From assembly GCA_043753995.1 (NCBI GenBank), contig JAYUVP010000087.1, positions 1 through 13,560 of the forward strand: a DNA stretch of 13,560 bases, written 5' to 3'. Shown one piece after another: positions 1 through 6,649 of the stretch. This DNA comes from Fibrobacterota bacterium. Its GTDB lineage: Bacteria > Fibrobacterota > Fibrobacteria > UBA11236. The stretch's first letter is position 1. Each line of letters begins with the position of its first letter. The notes below the pieces were generated by a model. That model ran no database searches and was not told the origin of the DNA. It saw only the letters and a list, made by a program, of their open reading frames with translations. A program made the position numbers and the translations under genes.

Positions 1-241
1 GTCGATTTACAGGGCTTCGATTCCACTTCTGAATTCTTCGTTCAGAGGCGAAATTCCCGCTCCTTTTTCCTCGCTCATTTCAACTCTCAAAGAGTCTCGC
101 GCCGCTGGGGCTGCGAGCCGTTTTCTTCGTGACCGGCTTGTCTTTCGACCGCCGCGTCATTCTCAAAACGGGAGAGCAAACTTATCTACTTGAATCGGAA
201 GTGGCAAGGGTTTTAAGGCAACATTTTTGAAAGACTTACAA

Positions 242-338
242 CTATTAACAGAGAGTGCACAATTGTGGATAAGTTACCCACAGTGACTCTCAAAGTTTTG
301 AAAAACAGGCCAAATTCCTTAGCGCTGCATGTGGATAA
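242..338. promoter_or_regulatory. DnaA-box cluster (candidate oriC or DnaA-binding locus)
   Basis: TGTGGATAA (reverse complement of consensus TTATCCACA) at 264-272 and 330-338; TTACCCACA (1 mismatch) at 274-282, back-to-back with the first; degenerate CTATTAACA at 242-250; AT-rich tract at about 205-250; no convincing ORF in 1-318. Confidence 0.55.
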
Positions 339-1182
339 AACGTGGATTTCCGGACCAGTCTTTTTCTGGACCGCTAAAAACCCAATTCATGCCGGCGATT
401 TTTTCCATCAAGATGGGGATTTGGGGGGGCGAAGATTCGATCCAGAGGTGTCCGCCGGGTTTTAAACGGGGGAAAGCCTGCTGAATGAGGAGCCAAGGCA
501 GCTCCCAACCCTGTTCGCCGCCATACAAGGCCAAATCGGGATCCCAGTCGCGCACCTCGGGTTGAAGGCTAGGCTTTTCGTGACGGCCTATATACGGAGG
601 ATTGGAGATGATGAGGTCGAATTGGATGTCGGGGGGAAGGGGCTGAAATAGCGAGCCTGCATAGAACAGCTGAAAGGGAAGGTTTTGGTTTCGGGCATTT
701 TCGCAGCAGAGTTCAAGCGCGGGGGGTGACGCCTCGGTTCCGTAAACTTGCAGGTTACTGCGCTCTTTGAGGAGGCTGAGAGCGATGGCGCCGGTGCCGA
801 GTCCGATATCGAGGGCGATGAGGCCGTCACCGGGTGGCAAGCTGCGCAGGGCCAGGTCGACAAGCACTTCGGTTTCGGGGCGCGGGATGAGGGCGCGGGA
901 ATCGACTTTGAGTTGCAATTCGCGAAAGGGCCAGTTGCCGAGCAAATGCTGTAGGGGCTCGCGCAAGCCGCGGCGACGGACGAGGTCGCGGCATTTTGTG
1001 AGTTCGGGTTCGGTGAGCGGTCGATCGAAGTTGAGATAGAGGTCGAGGCGTTTCATGTGGAGCGCATGGGCTAAAAGAATTTGCGCGTCGAGGCGGGCAT
1101 TGGGTATGCCCTTTTGTTTAAAGTAGTCGGCGGTCTTATTGAGGACTTCGAGTACGGTGGACGTCGCAGCGGGATCACTCAC
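319..1182 (-). CDS. prmC: Release factor glutamine N5-methyltransferase PrmC (HemK)
   Basis: 287 aa; N-terminal '[11 protein letters not shown]', '[13 protein letters not shown]', '[12 protein letters not shown]', SAM-binding '[12 protein letters not shown]', catalytic 'SNPPY'. GTG start overlaps the prfA stop (GTGA), giving the canonical prfA-prmC pair. Confidence 0.97.
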   Translation of the reverse strand: MSDPAATSTVLEVLNKTADYFKQKGIPNARLDAQILLAHALHMKRLDLYLNFDRPLTEPELTKCRDLVRRRGLREPLQHLLGNWPFRELQLKVDSRALIPRPETEVLVDLALRSLPPGDGLIALDIGLGTGAIALSLLKERSNLQVYGTEASPPALELCCENARNQNLPFQLFYAGSLFQPLPPDIQFDLIISNPPYIGRHEKPSLQPEVRDWDPDLALYGGEQGWELPWLLIQQAFPRLKPGGHLWIESSPPQIPILMEKIAGMNWVFSGPEKDWSGNPRFIHMQR

Positions 1183-2270
1183 ATTAAATCCTGACGCTCT
1201 AAGGCGCGAAGCTTCTCGGCATTGGCTTCCATGCCGAGGGCGTCGATGAGTTCCTCGATGGCGCCATGCATGACGGCGTCGAGCTTATAAAGGGTGAGTC
1301 CGACGCGATGATCGGTGACGCGGCCCTGCGGGAAATTGTAGGTGCGGATTTTGGCGCTGCGATCGCCGGTGCCAACCTGGGCCTTGCGCGTGGCGGCCTC
1401 TTTGGCTTCTTGCTCGCTCAGCCTTTTGTCGAGCAATTTGGACTTGAGCACATTCATGGCCTTGGCGCGATTCTTGTGCTGGCTGCGTTCGTCCTGGCAG
1501 GCGACGACAATGCCGCTGGCGATATGGGTGATGCGCACGGCGGAATCGGTTTTGTTGATGTGCTGCCCACCGGAGCCTCCGGCGCGGAAGGTGTCGACGC
1601 GAATGTCTTCGTCCTTGATGACGATGTCATCGACTTCGTCGGCGACGGGCATGATGACCACGGTGGCGGCCGATGTATGCACGCGGCCTTGGGTTTCGGT
1701 GTCAGGCACGCGCTGCACGCGATGCACGCCGCTTTCGTATTTGAGCGTGCCATAGGCTCCGGGGCCGGAAACTTCGGCGACCACTTCTTTATAGCCGCCC
1801 ATGGTGCCCTCGTTTTCATCGAGCACGGTGAAGCGCCAGCGCCTGGACTCGCAGAAATACTTGTACATGCGGAAGAGGTCGCCCGCGAAGAGGCTGGCCT
1901 CGTCACCACCCGTGCCAGCGCGTATTTCGATGATGGCATCGCGCTCGTCGGTTTTCTCTTTGGGGATCAGGGCGAACTTGAGATCTTGCTCAAGGCCGGG
2001 CATGGCTTCGTCGAGGCGCTTGACTTCGTCTTGTGCCAAGGATTGCATTTCGGGATCGGAGCCGTCGTCGGAGGCTTTTTTCCAATCGGCGCGCTCTTGC
2101 GTGGCGTCGAGATAGGCATGCGCCTTGGTGACGCTGTCGGCGAGGTCCTTGAGCTGTTTATTGAGTGCGACCATTTTTTGCATGTCATTGAGCTGGTCGG
2201 GCCTTTGCAGGGCGCTTTCCATCTCTTGATTGCGTTCGATGAGTTTGCGGGCTTGAGCGTGTAAGTCCAT
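1179..2270 (-). CDS. prfA: Peptide chain release factor 1
   Basis: 363 aa; '[11 protein letters not shown]', '[16 protein letters not shown]' (RF1-type PxT tripeptide), '[16 protein letters not shown]' (GGQ), '[14 protein letters not shown]'. No frameshift. Confidence 0.98.
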   Translation of the reverse strand: MDLHAQARKLIERNQEMESALQRPDQLNDMQKMVALNKQLKDLADSVTKAHAYLDATQERADWKKASDDGSDPEMQSLAQDEVKRLDEAMPGLEQDLKFALIPKEKTDERDAIIEIRAGTGGDEASLFAGDLFRMYKYFCESRRWRFTVLDENEGTMGGYKEVVAEVSGPGAYGTLKYESGVHRVQRVPDTETQGRVHTSAATVVIMPVADEVDDIVIKDEDIRVDTFRAGGSGGQHINKTDSAVRITHIASGIVVACQDERSQHKNRAKAMNVLKSKLLDKRLSEQEAKEAATRKAQVGTGDRSAKIRTYNFPQGRVTDHRVGLTLYKLDAVMHGAIEELIDALGMEANAEKLRALERQDLM

Positions 2271-2349
2271 GGGGCGGGAAAGGTACCAAGGCGCTGGGGA
2301 TGCTGTGGGGTGGCTTTGCTACGAGGCTCCTATCCCCTGGGGCATTGCG

Positions 2350-2460
2350 GGCGCGGCTGATGTTCGGGCCAGATTTGGGCTCGCGGTCCTCGGCTTTGGC
2401 ATTGCCCTGGAGTCTATATCCTGCGGAGCGAGCCCAAATCTGGCCGCTCACCGCCGCGCC
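2350..2460. repeat. Long inverted repeat / hairpin element
   Basis: Perfect 18-bp inverted repeat GGCCAGATTTGGGCTCGC (2367-2384) / GCGAGCCCAAATCTGGCC (2428-2445), extended by GGCGCGGC (2350-2357) / GCCGCGCC (2453-2460). Confidence 0.8.
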
Positions 2461-2486
2461 GGCATTGTTCCGCGGGGGTGGCGATT

Positions 2487-2531
2487 CGAGGGAAGCCCCT
2501 CGCGCGTTGCCGCGCCTTGGGGCTTTCCTCG
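2487..2531. repeat. Stem-loop with GNRA tetraloop on the minus strand
   Basis: CGAGGGAAGCCCC (2487-2499) pairs with GGGGCTTTCCTCG (2519-2531) with one non-Watson-Crick position; inner GCGCG-TTGC-CGCGC reads CGCG-GCAA-CGCG on the minus strand. Confidence 0.7.
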
Positions 2532-2544
2532 CTGGTATCGGGCG

Positions 2545-2890
2545 GGGAAATCCTGCGGGGCAATACGGCAGGGCATTCTGCGGAGCTGTCTAGCAGGGGG
2601 ATCTTGGGGAATCACACAGGGAAATGCTGCGAAGCTGTCAAACAGGGGAGCTACAGGGGGGCGAGGGAAATGCGGTGACGCGAGTCTGCGGGGTAATGCT
2701 ACGAAGCTGTTTGGCGGAGGGCAGGGAAAAGCAGCGGAGTGGTCTAACTAGGAATAAAGAGAAATGTGTGGGGGCGATCTCGCAGAGCATTGTCTCGCGG
2801 AGGCGTTCCAAGGGAGAGCCTTTGGAGAATGCTACGGAGAAAGCGCACTAGGGGGCAAGAAATAGATTGTGGCAATGATTCGCGGAAATC
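2545..2890 (+). repeat. Degenerate direct-repeat array, core GGG(A/C)AATGCT(G/A)CG(G/A)AG
   Basis: Copies near 2545 (gggaaatcctgcgggg), 2571 (gggcattctgcggagctgtc), 2619 (gggaaatgctgcgaagctgtc), 2666 (gggaaatgcggtg), 2691 (gggtaatgctacgaagctgtt), 2724 (gggaaaagcagcggag), 2824 (ggagaatgctacggag), 2871 (ggcaatgattcgcgg). Spacing is irregular. Confidence 0.6.
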
Positions 2891-2899
2891 GTGCTTTGC

Positions 2900-2952
2900 G
2901 AACTTGCAGTGTGTGGTAAGGGTTGAGTTAATTTGGTTGCGCTCTACGTTTG
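2900..2952 (+). promoter_or_regulatory. Candidate promoter(s) of the lipoprotein-sigma operon
   Basis: TTG (2923-2925)-N19-TACGTTTG (2945-2952) matches the Bacteroidota housekeeping TTG-N19-TAnnTTTG pattern, 12 nt before ATG 2965. An overlapping GAAC (2900-2903)-N18-GTTG (2922-2925) resembles generic ECF promoters. Both motifs are short. Confidence 0.3.
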
Positions 2953-2964
2953 AAAGCTCTCGAA

Positions 2965-5283
2965 ATGACGATTCGCAAATTGGCTGGCTTGGCTTTGCTA
3001 GTAACGCTTTGGGCGGGATGCTTTCGCGATGAGGGAATTGTGGATGTCACCAAGCCGGGAAATATTGCTCCGCTGGCGAAGTTTCGCGGGCGGGCTTATA
3101 ACGAGGGCGACACGACCTTGCCCTCCAATCGATTGCTGGAGCTTGTTCATCCGACCATTGCCTTGGTCTATCACTATATAGGTACCAGGGAAAATATTCG
3201 CACCATGACCGAAGGCGTGGTGGCGACTTCACCGCCTTTTGCATTTCAAATCGAGATGAAACAGGCTCCGCCATCCAGCATTCAGCACGATGATGAGGTC
3301 GCCGTTGGATTGTTTTGGCTTTTTTCCGATCGCAATGGGAATGGCAAATTCGATCGCGGTACGCATCCTGAATACGCCAAGAAATTGCAGGAAATCGATT
3401 CTCTGACTCACCTTTATTATCAAGTGAACGATTCTCTGTTGGCTATTAGCGAAATCCATCTTGAAGGCGTGGCTGTGGAGGAAACCACTTTGGTGGGAGC
3501 ACAAGGCCTCACTCTGATTCGGAACGGAATCAAGGTCGACACGGTTTGGCCAGCCATGCCGGCTTTTTCGACCACGGCCATGGATGCACCATTTGCACGT
3601 CAAAAGGTTGTTTTGGCCCAAGACAGGTGGGAGAAGTTTTTTGATTTGAGGAAAAGGTCTAATTCCATAAGCTATTCGGCCATACCCAATGCAGACTATT
3701 CGCTCGAAATGGTGATGCGATATTCCAGGCGACTATTTCCGAAGTCCGGTATGGAAAGCAAATTCAATCAAGGCGTGATTGACTTGGCATTACTTTCGAC
3801 CAAAAAGTCGGTCTTAGCTACGAAATATCAAGGCGAAGCCTTTCAAAAAGGATGGCTCGATTATCCCTATACCGGATTTGAAGAACCGGGCGCCGATTGG
3901 GGTGCAGGGAGAAGCCGAGATCAATTTGTCTTTTTCTTTCCAACATGGAAATCCATTGATATAATGAGGCGCGCAGAAAAAAGCAGTTCTTTCAAAATCG
4001 CGAATGTTCATCAAATCGTACCGGGCTATAATTTGATGGAATGCGATGATCAATACAATTGTCGACGATTGGATGAGAGCGCCGAGATTAAAATCTACAT
4101 GGGGAAATCCGAACTTTATTTCAATCCGCCTTCTGTAACCAAGCCCTTTGCCTTACCCACAGTCGATTCGACGCTATGGATTAAAAACGTTGACGTTGAG
4201 GGGACTTATCCATTTCAGCCGGGTATTGATTTCTCGGTCCAAAAAGTTGGTGCCGATTTTTGGTTGGATGCGGCATTATTCGGAATGACTCGGCTGCAAA
4301 TGGTGGACAGCGTGCGCGGAGTTGGTATGGGTCTCGCTATGCAAATCCAATTCGTGTCAAATGAAAAGCATGAAGTCGAAAAAATGATTTTGGATTGGAA
4401 AGGCGAACGCTATGTCGCGGTGAAAACATCTAACCGAATCAGCGCAGGTAGATCGGAAAACGTGACAAACCATGCTCAAGCACAGGAAAGTGAATTAAGT
4501 ACTGGCATCACGGTATCCCTGAAGCAAAGCTATCGGTGGTATGGACTGGACACTTTGAAATTTTCGGAAGCATCCTCCAAATCGGTTTGGCTGAGTGGCA
4601 AGGGCATTCCGAAGCAAAAATTCGTGGCGGTTGATTCAAACACTTTGATTTCTCAATTCAGCGGCATTGAATTGAAATGGCGGCGCAAATCGGATCAAAT
4701 GGAAGGGGAATGGTATTTATTGACGGGCGGTACAGAATATCGCATTCCACCGATTTTCTTAATGGGCACCCAAAACGATACTGCGGGTCTGGGCGCATAC
4801 GGTTTGATACAGGATGTACAGGGAACAGCAAGAGAAACCTTTGTCGATTTTCAGGGTAAACCAAGATTTTCTTGTGCCGAGGATTCGCTTTATTTGGTCA
4901 ATGGTGATTCCGGATTACGACGCAATCTGCCGGTTCAGCGAAACGATCAAATTGCTTTGGAAGGGGACGGCGAATTTGAGATTGAAGTTCCCGTGGATAG
5001 TTCCTCTGATAGCCTTAGCATAACCCTTGATTTCTGTGGAGCAAAAAACTCGGGCAAACAAGCAGCCTTAATGCGCGTGCTTTGGAAATCCGATTCGGCT
5101 GATTCGTGGTCGGAGATGATGCCCAGTTTTTGGCTTCCGGCCCTTTCGAATGGGTCTCGCAAAATGCACCTCCACTTCGCCACTCCCTTGGGTCGAATAT
5201 TGGGGTTCAAGTTTGAAAATTTGAGCCAACCAGGAATAACTCCTCTCTTGTCTCTCGATCGTTATCGAATTTATTCAAAATGA
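2965..5283 (+). CDS. Large multidomain lipoprotein of unknown function with a Ca-binding-like loop and two DUF3471-like repeats
   Basis: ORF track starts at TTG 2950; ATG 2965 gives MTIRKLAGLALLVTLWAG-C (basic N-region, hydrophobic core, lipobox). 'FSDRNGNGKFD' is a Dx[DN]x[DN]G-like loop. Two approx. 80-aa beta-rich segments ('VEGTYPFQPGIDFSV...GERYVAVK' and 'LKQSYRWYGLDTLKF...GTEYRIP') resemble DUF3471 by eye. Stop overlaps the sigma start (ATGA). Confidence 0.8.
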   Translation: MTIRKLAGLALLVTLWAGCFRDEGIVDVTKPGNIAPLAKFRGRAYNEGDTTLPSNRLLELVHPTIALVYHYIGTRENIRTMTEGVVATSPPFAFQIEMKQAPPSSIQHDDEVAVGLFWLFSDRNGNGKFDRGTHPEYAKKLQEIDSLTHLYYQVNDSLLAISEIHLEGVAVEETTLVGAQGLTLIRNGIKVDTVWPAMPAFSTTAMDAPFARQKVVLAQDRWEKFFDLRKRSNSISYSAIPNADYSLEMVMRYSRRLFPKSGMESKFNQGVIDLALLSTKKSVLATKYQGEAFQKGWLDYPYTGFEEPGADWGAGRSRDQFVFFFPTWKSIDIMRRAEKSSSFKIANVHQIVPGYNLMECDDQYNCRRLDESAEIKIYMGKSELYFNPPSVTKPFALPTVDSTLWIKNVDVEGTYPFQPGIDFSVQKVGADFWLDAALFGMTRLQMVDSVRGVGMGLAMQIQFVSNEKHEVEKMILDWKGERYVAVKTSNRISAGRSENVTNHAQAQESELSTGITVSLKQSYRWYGLDTLKFSEASSKSVWLSGKGIPKQKFVAVDSNTLISQFSGIELKWRRKSDQMEGEWYLLTGGTEYRIPPIFLMGTQNDTAGLGAYGLIQDVQGTARETFVDFQGKPRFSCAEDSLYLVNGDSGLRRNLPVQRNDQIALEGDGEFEIEVPVDSSSDSLSITLDFCGAKNSGKQAALMRVLWKSDSADSWSEMMPSFWLPALSNGSRKMHLHFATPLGRILGFKFENLSQPGITPLLSLDRYRIYSK

Positions 5284-5840
5284 ATGCGCCATTGATCCCA
5301 AGCCTAGAAGAGGTTTTCAAATCGCATTCGAGCATGGTCTATCGCATTTGCCGACGTTATGTCAAAGGTGAGGAAGATGCTCAGGATTTGGCGCAAGACG
5401 TTTTTTTAAAGCTTCATGATAAACTGGCATCGTTTCAGGGGCATTCTTCGCTGACGACCTGGCTTTATCGCGTAACCGCCAATATTTGCATGGATCATAT
5501 TCGGTCGAGAAAATTTCAAGGTATGCTGGATATTGACGACTTGGATGAAATCGTCACACATAACCTTTCGGCTTCGGGAAATGCCGAATTGGCTAAAATC
5601 GACCTGGAAAGGTTATTGAAGCATGTGCAACCCAAAACCCGCGAACTTTTATTTTTGGTGCTGGCCGAAGGGCTAAGCTATACCGAAGCAGGGGAAATGG
5701 TCGGCATGGAAAAATCAGCCGTGGCGAAACAAGTCACCCGGTTTTTGGCCAGCCGAAGCGGCAAGGTGCAAGCAGGAAAACCAGGCATTTTTAGCGCAAT
5801 AATCACCATTGTCCACGCTACCCTGATCGGACGCGTCTAA
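5280..5840 (+). CDS. ECF-type RNA polymerase sigma-70 factor
   Basis: 186 aa; region 2 'VYRICRRYV..EEDAQDLAQDVFLKL...FQGHSSLTTWLYRVTANICMDHIR'; region 4 'RELLFLVLAEGLSYTEAGEMVGM..SAV'; no region 3. Confidence 0.95.
   Translation: MNAPLIPSLEEVFKSHSSMVYRICRRYVKGEEDAQDLAQDVFLKLHDKLASFQGHSSLTTWLYRVTANICMDHIRSRKFQGMLDIDDLDEIVTHNLSASGNAELAKIDLERLLKHVQPKTRELLFLVLAEGLSYTEAGEMVGMEKSAVAKQVTRFLASRSGKVQAGKPGIFSAIITIVHATLIGRV
5809..5840 (+). promoter_or_regulatory. Candidate ECF promoter, copy 1 (TTGTCCACG-N16-CGTCTAA), overlapping the 3' end of the sigma gene
   Basis: TTGTCCACG 5809-5817 and CGTCTAA 5834-5840; the same elements and spacing recur at 8251-8282; 5 nt upstream of anti-sigma ATG 5846. Confidence 0.65.
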
Positions 5841-5845
5841 ATCGT

Positions 5846-6649
5846 ATGCTCAAGTCGCGCCCGCCATCGAATTCTCCCGAAGAGCCAATGAATTCCGGAT
5901 TCTCTTTATTTCAAATTGAGCGCTTTCTTTTGGGAGAGCTTTCCCCTGCCGAGCAAGGCGAAATCACCCGTGCCGCAGAAGGCAATCCGAAGCTGGCAGC
6001 CTATATTCAAAGGGCTCGGGTGTGGACCGAAGAGTCTAAGCAATTGAAGCTTCCACCTAGCCCGGTAGCTCGTAAGCGGGGCGACTGGGAATGGCTTGCG
6101 GGGATGAAAAATCGCTTGCAGGGATGGGTGAGCGCCTGGGAAAGGCCAGCCTGGGCCATGCCTGGATTAGCCATGGCCTCGGTGATTTTGGTGATCGGTG
6201 TTTTTTCGATCACCACCTTTCAGGGCAATCCTAATAATTCCGTGAAAACCTTGAGCCCCAAGGGTGGCCTTGGCGCCGATATGTCCATCGAGCATAAAAC
6301 GGTGAGCTTTACTGCAGGTTCGGATATCGCTGTAAGTCCAGGGGATACCTTGCGGATTTCCTATCGCAGCTCGGATTCCCTGTTTTTCCAGCTTTGGAAT
6401 AAAGATTCGCATGGTGAATTTAGCCGCTTGCATCAAGCCGAGGGAGAGTCCCTGCCCGCTTCGGCCAAGTGGAAGCATAGTGGAAAAAGTTTGGTCTTGG
6501 ATCAGGGTGAAAGCCCTCGCCAACTCGTGCTGATTTGGGCTGGCTCCAAGTCCGAGCTTTTTGATTTGGGAAAAAGATTAAGCGATGGTGGGAAAATCCC
6601 AGAAGACAAACGCGCTGTATTTCATATACACTCCACTAAGACTCAATGA
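5846..6649 (+). CDS. Putative transmembrane anti-sigma factor with a C-terminal DUF4384-like periplasmic domain
   Basis: Immediately follows the ECF gene. N-terminal 'IERFLLGELSPAEQ' is typical of anti-sigma domains but lacks the HxxxCxxC zinc ligands. One TM helix 'WAMPGLAMASVILVIGVFSITTF' (about 6152-6220), linker 'TLSPKGG', then 'VSPGDTLRISYRSSDSLFFQLWNKDSHG' (DUF4384-like by eye). Alternative start ATG 5888. Confidence 0.8.
   Translation: MLKSRPPSNSPEEPMNSGFSLFQIERFLLGELSPAEQGEITRAAEGNPKLAAYIQRARVWTEESKQLKLPPSPVARKRGDWEWLAGMKNRLQGWVSAWERPAWAMPGLAMASVILVIGVFSITTFQGNPNNSVKTLSPKGGLGADMSIEHKTVSFTAGSDIAVSPGDTLRISYRSSDSLFFQLWNKDSHGEFSRLHQAEGESLPASAKWKHSGKSLVLDQGESPRQLVLIWAGSKSELFDLGKRLSDGGKIPEDKRAVFHIHSTKTQ

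Noticed and set aside
7..160. Short minus-strand ORFs (ATG 160, 26 aa; ATG 78, 23 aa)
   Set aside because: Both stop quickly, with no recognisable product.
1266..2264. 332-aa + strand ORF and other ORFs overlapping prfA and prmC
   Set aside because: Antisense or alternate-frame shadows of strongly codon-biased GC-rich genes; no recognisable motifs.
2487..2535. RNase P RNA, suggested by GAGGAAAG on the minus strand
   Set aside because: It continues GAGGAAAGCCCC rather than GAGGAAAGUCC, and the conserved 3' AGAA...GGCUUA-type element is not seen.
2545..2890. CRISPR array interpretation of the repeats
   Set aside because: Repeats are short, highly degenerate and irregularly spaced; no cas genes in the window.
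2950..2964. TTG 2950 as the lipoprotein start
   Set aside because: ATG 2965 gives a better-sized lipoprotein signal peptide, and the TTG lies inside a promoter-like TACGTTTG.
2185..3032. Several 66-160 aa ORFs in the prfA-lipoprotein intergenic region
   Set aside because: Gly/Arg/Ala-rich translations of hairpins and degenerate repeats in several frames; none is protein-like.
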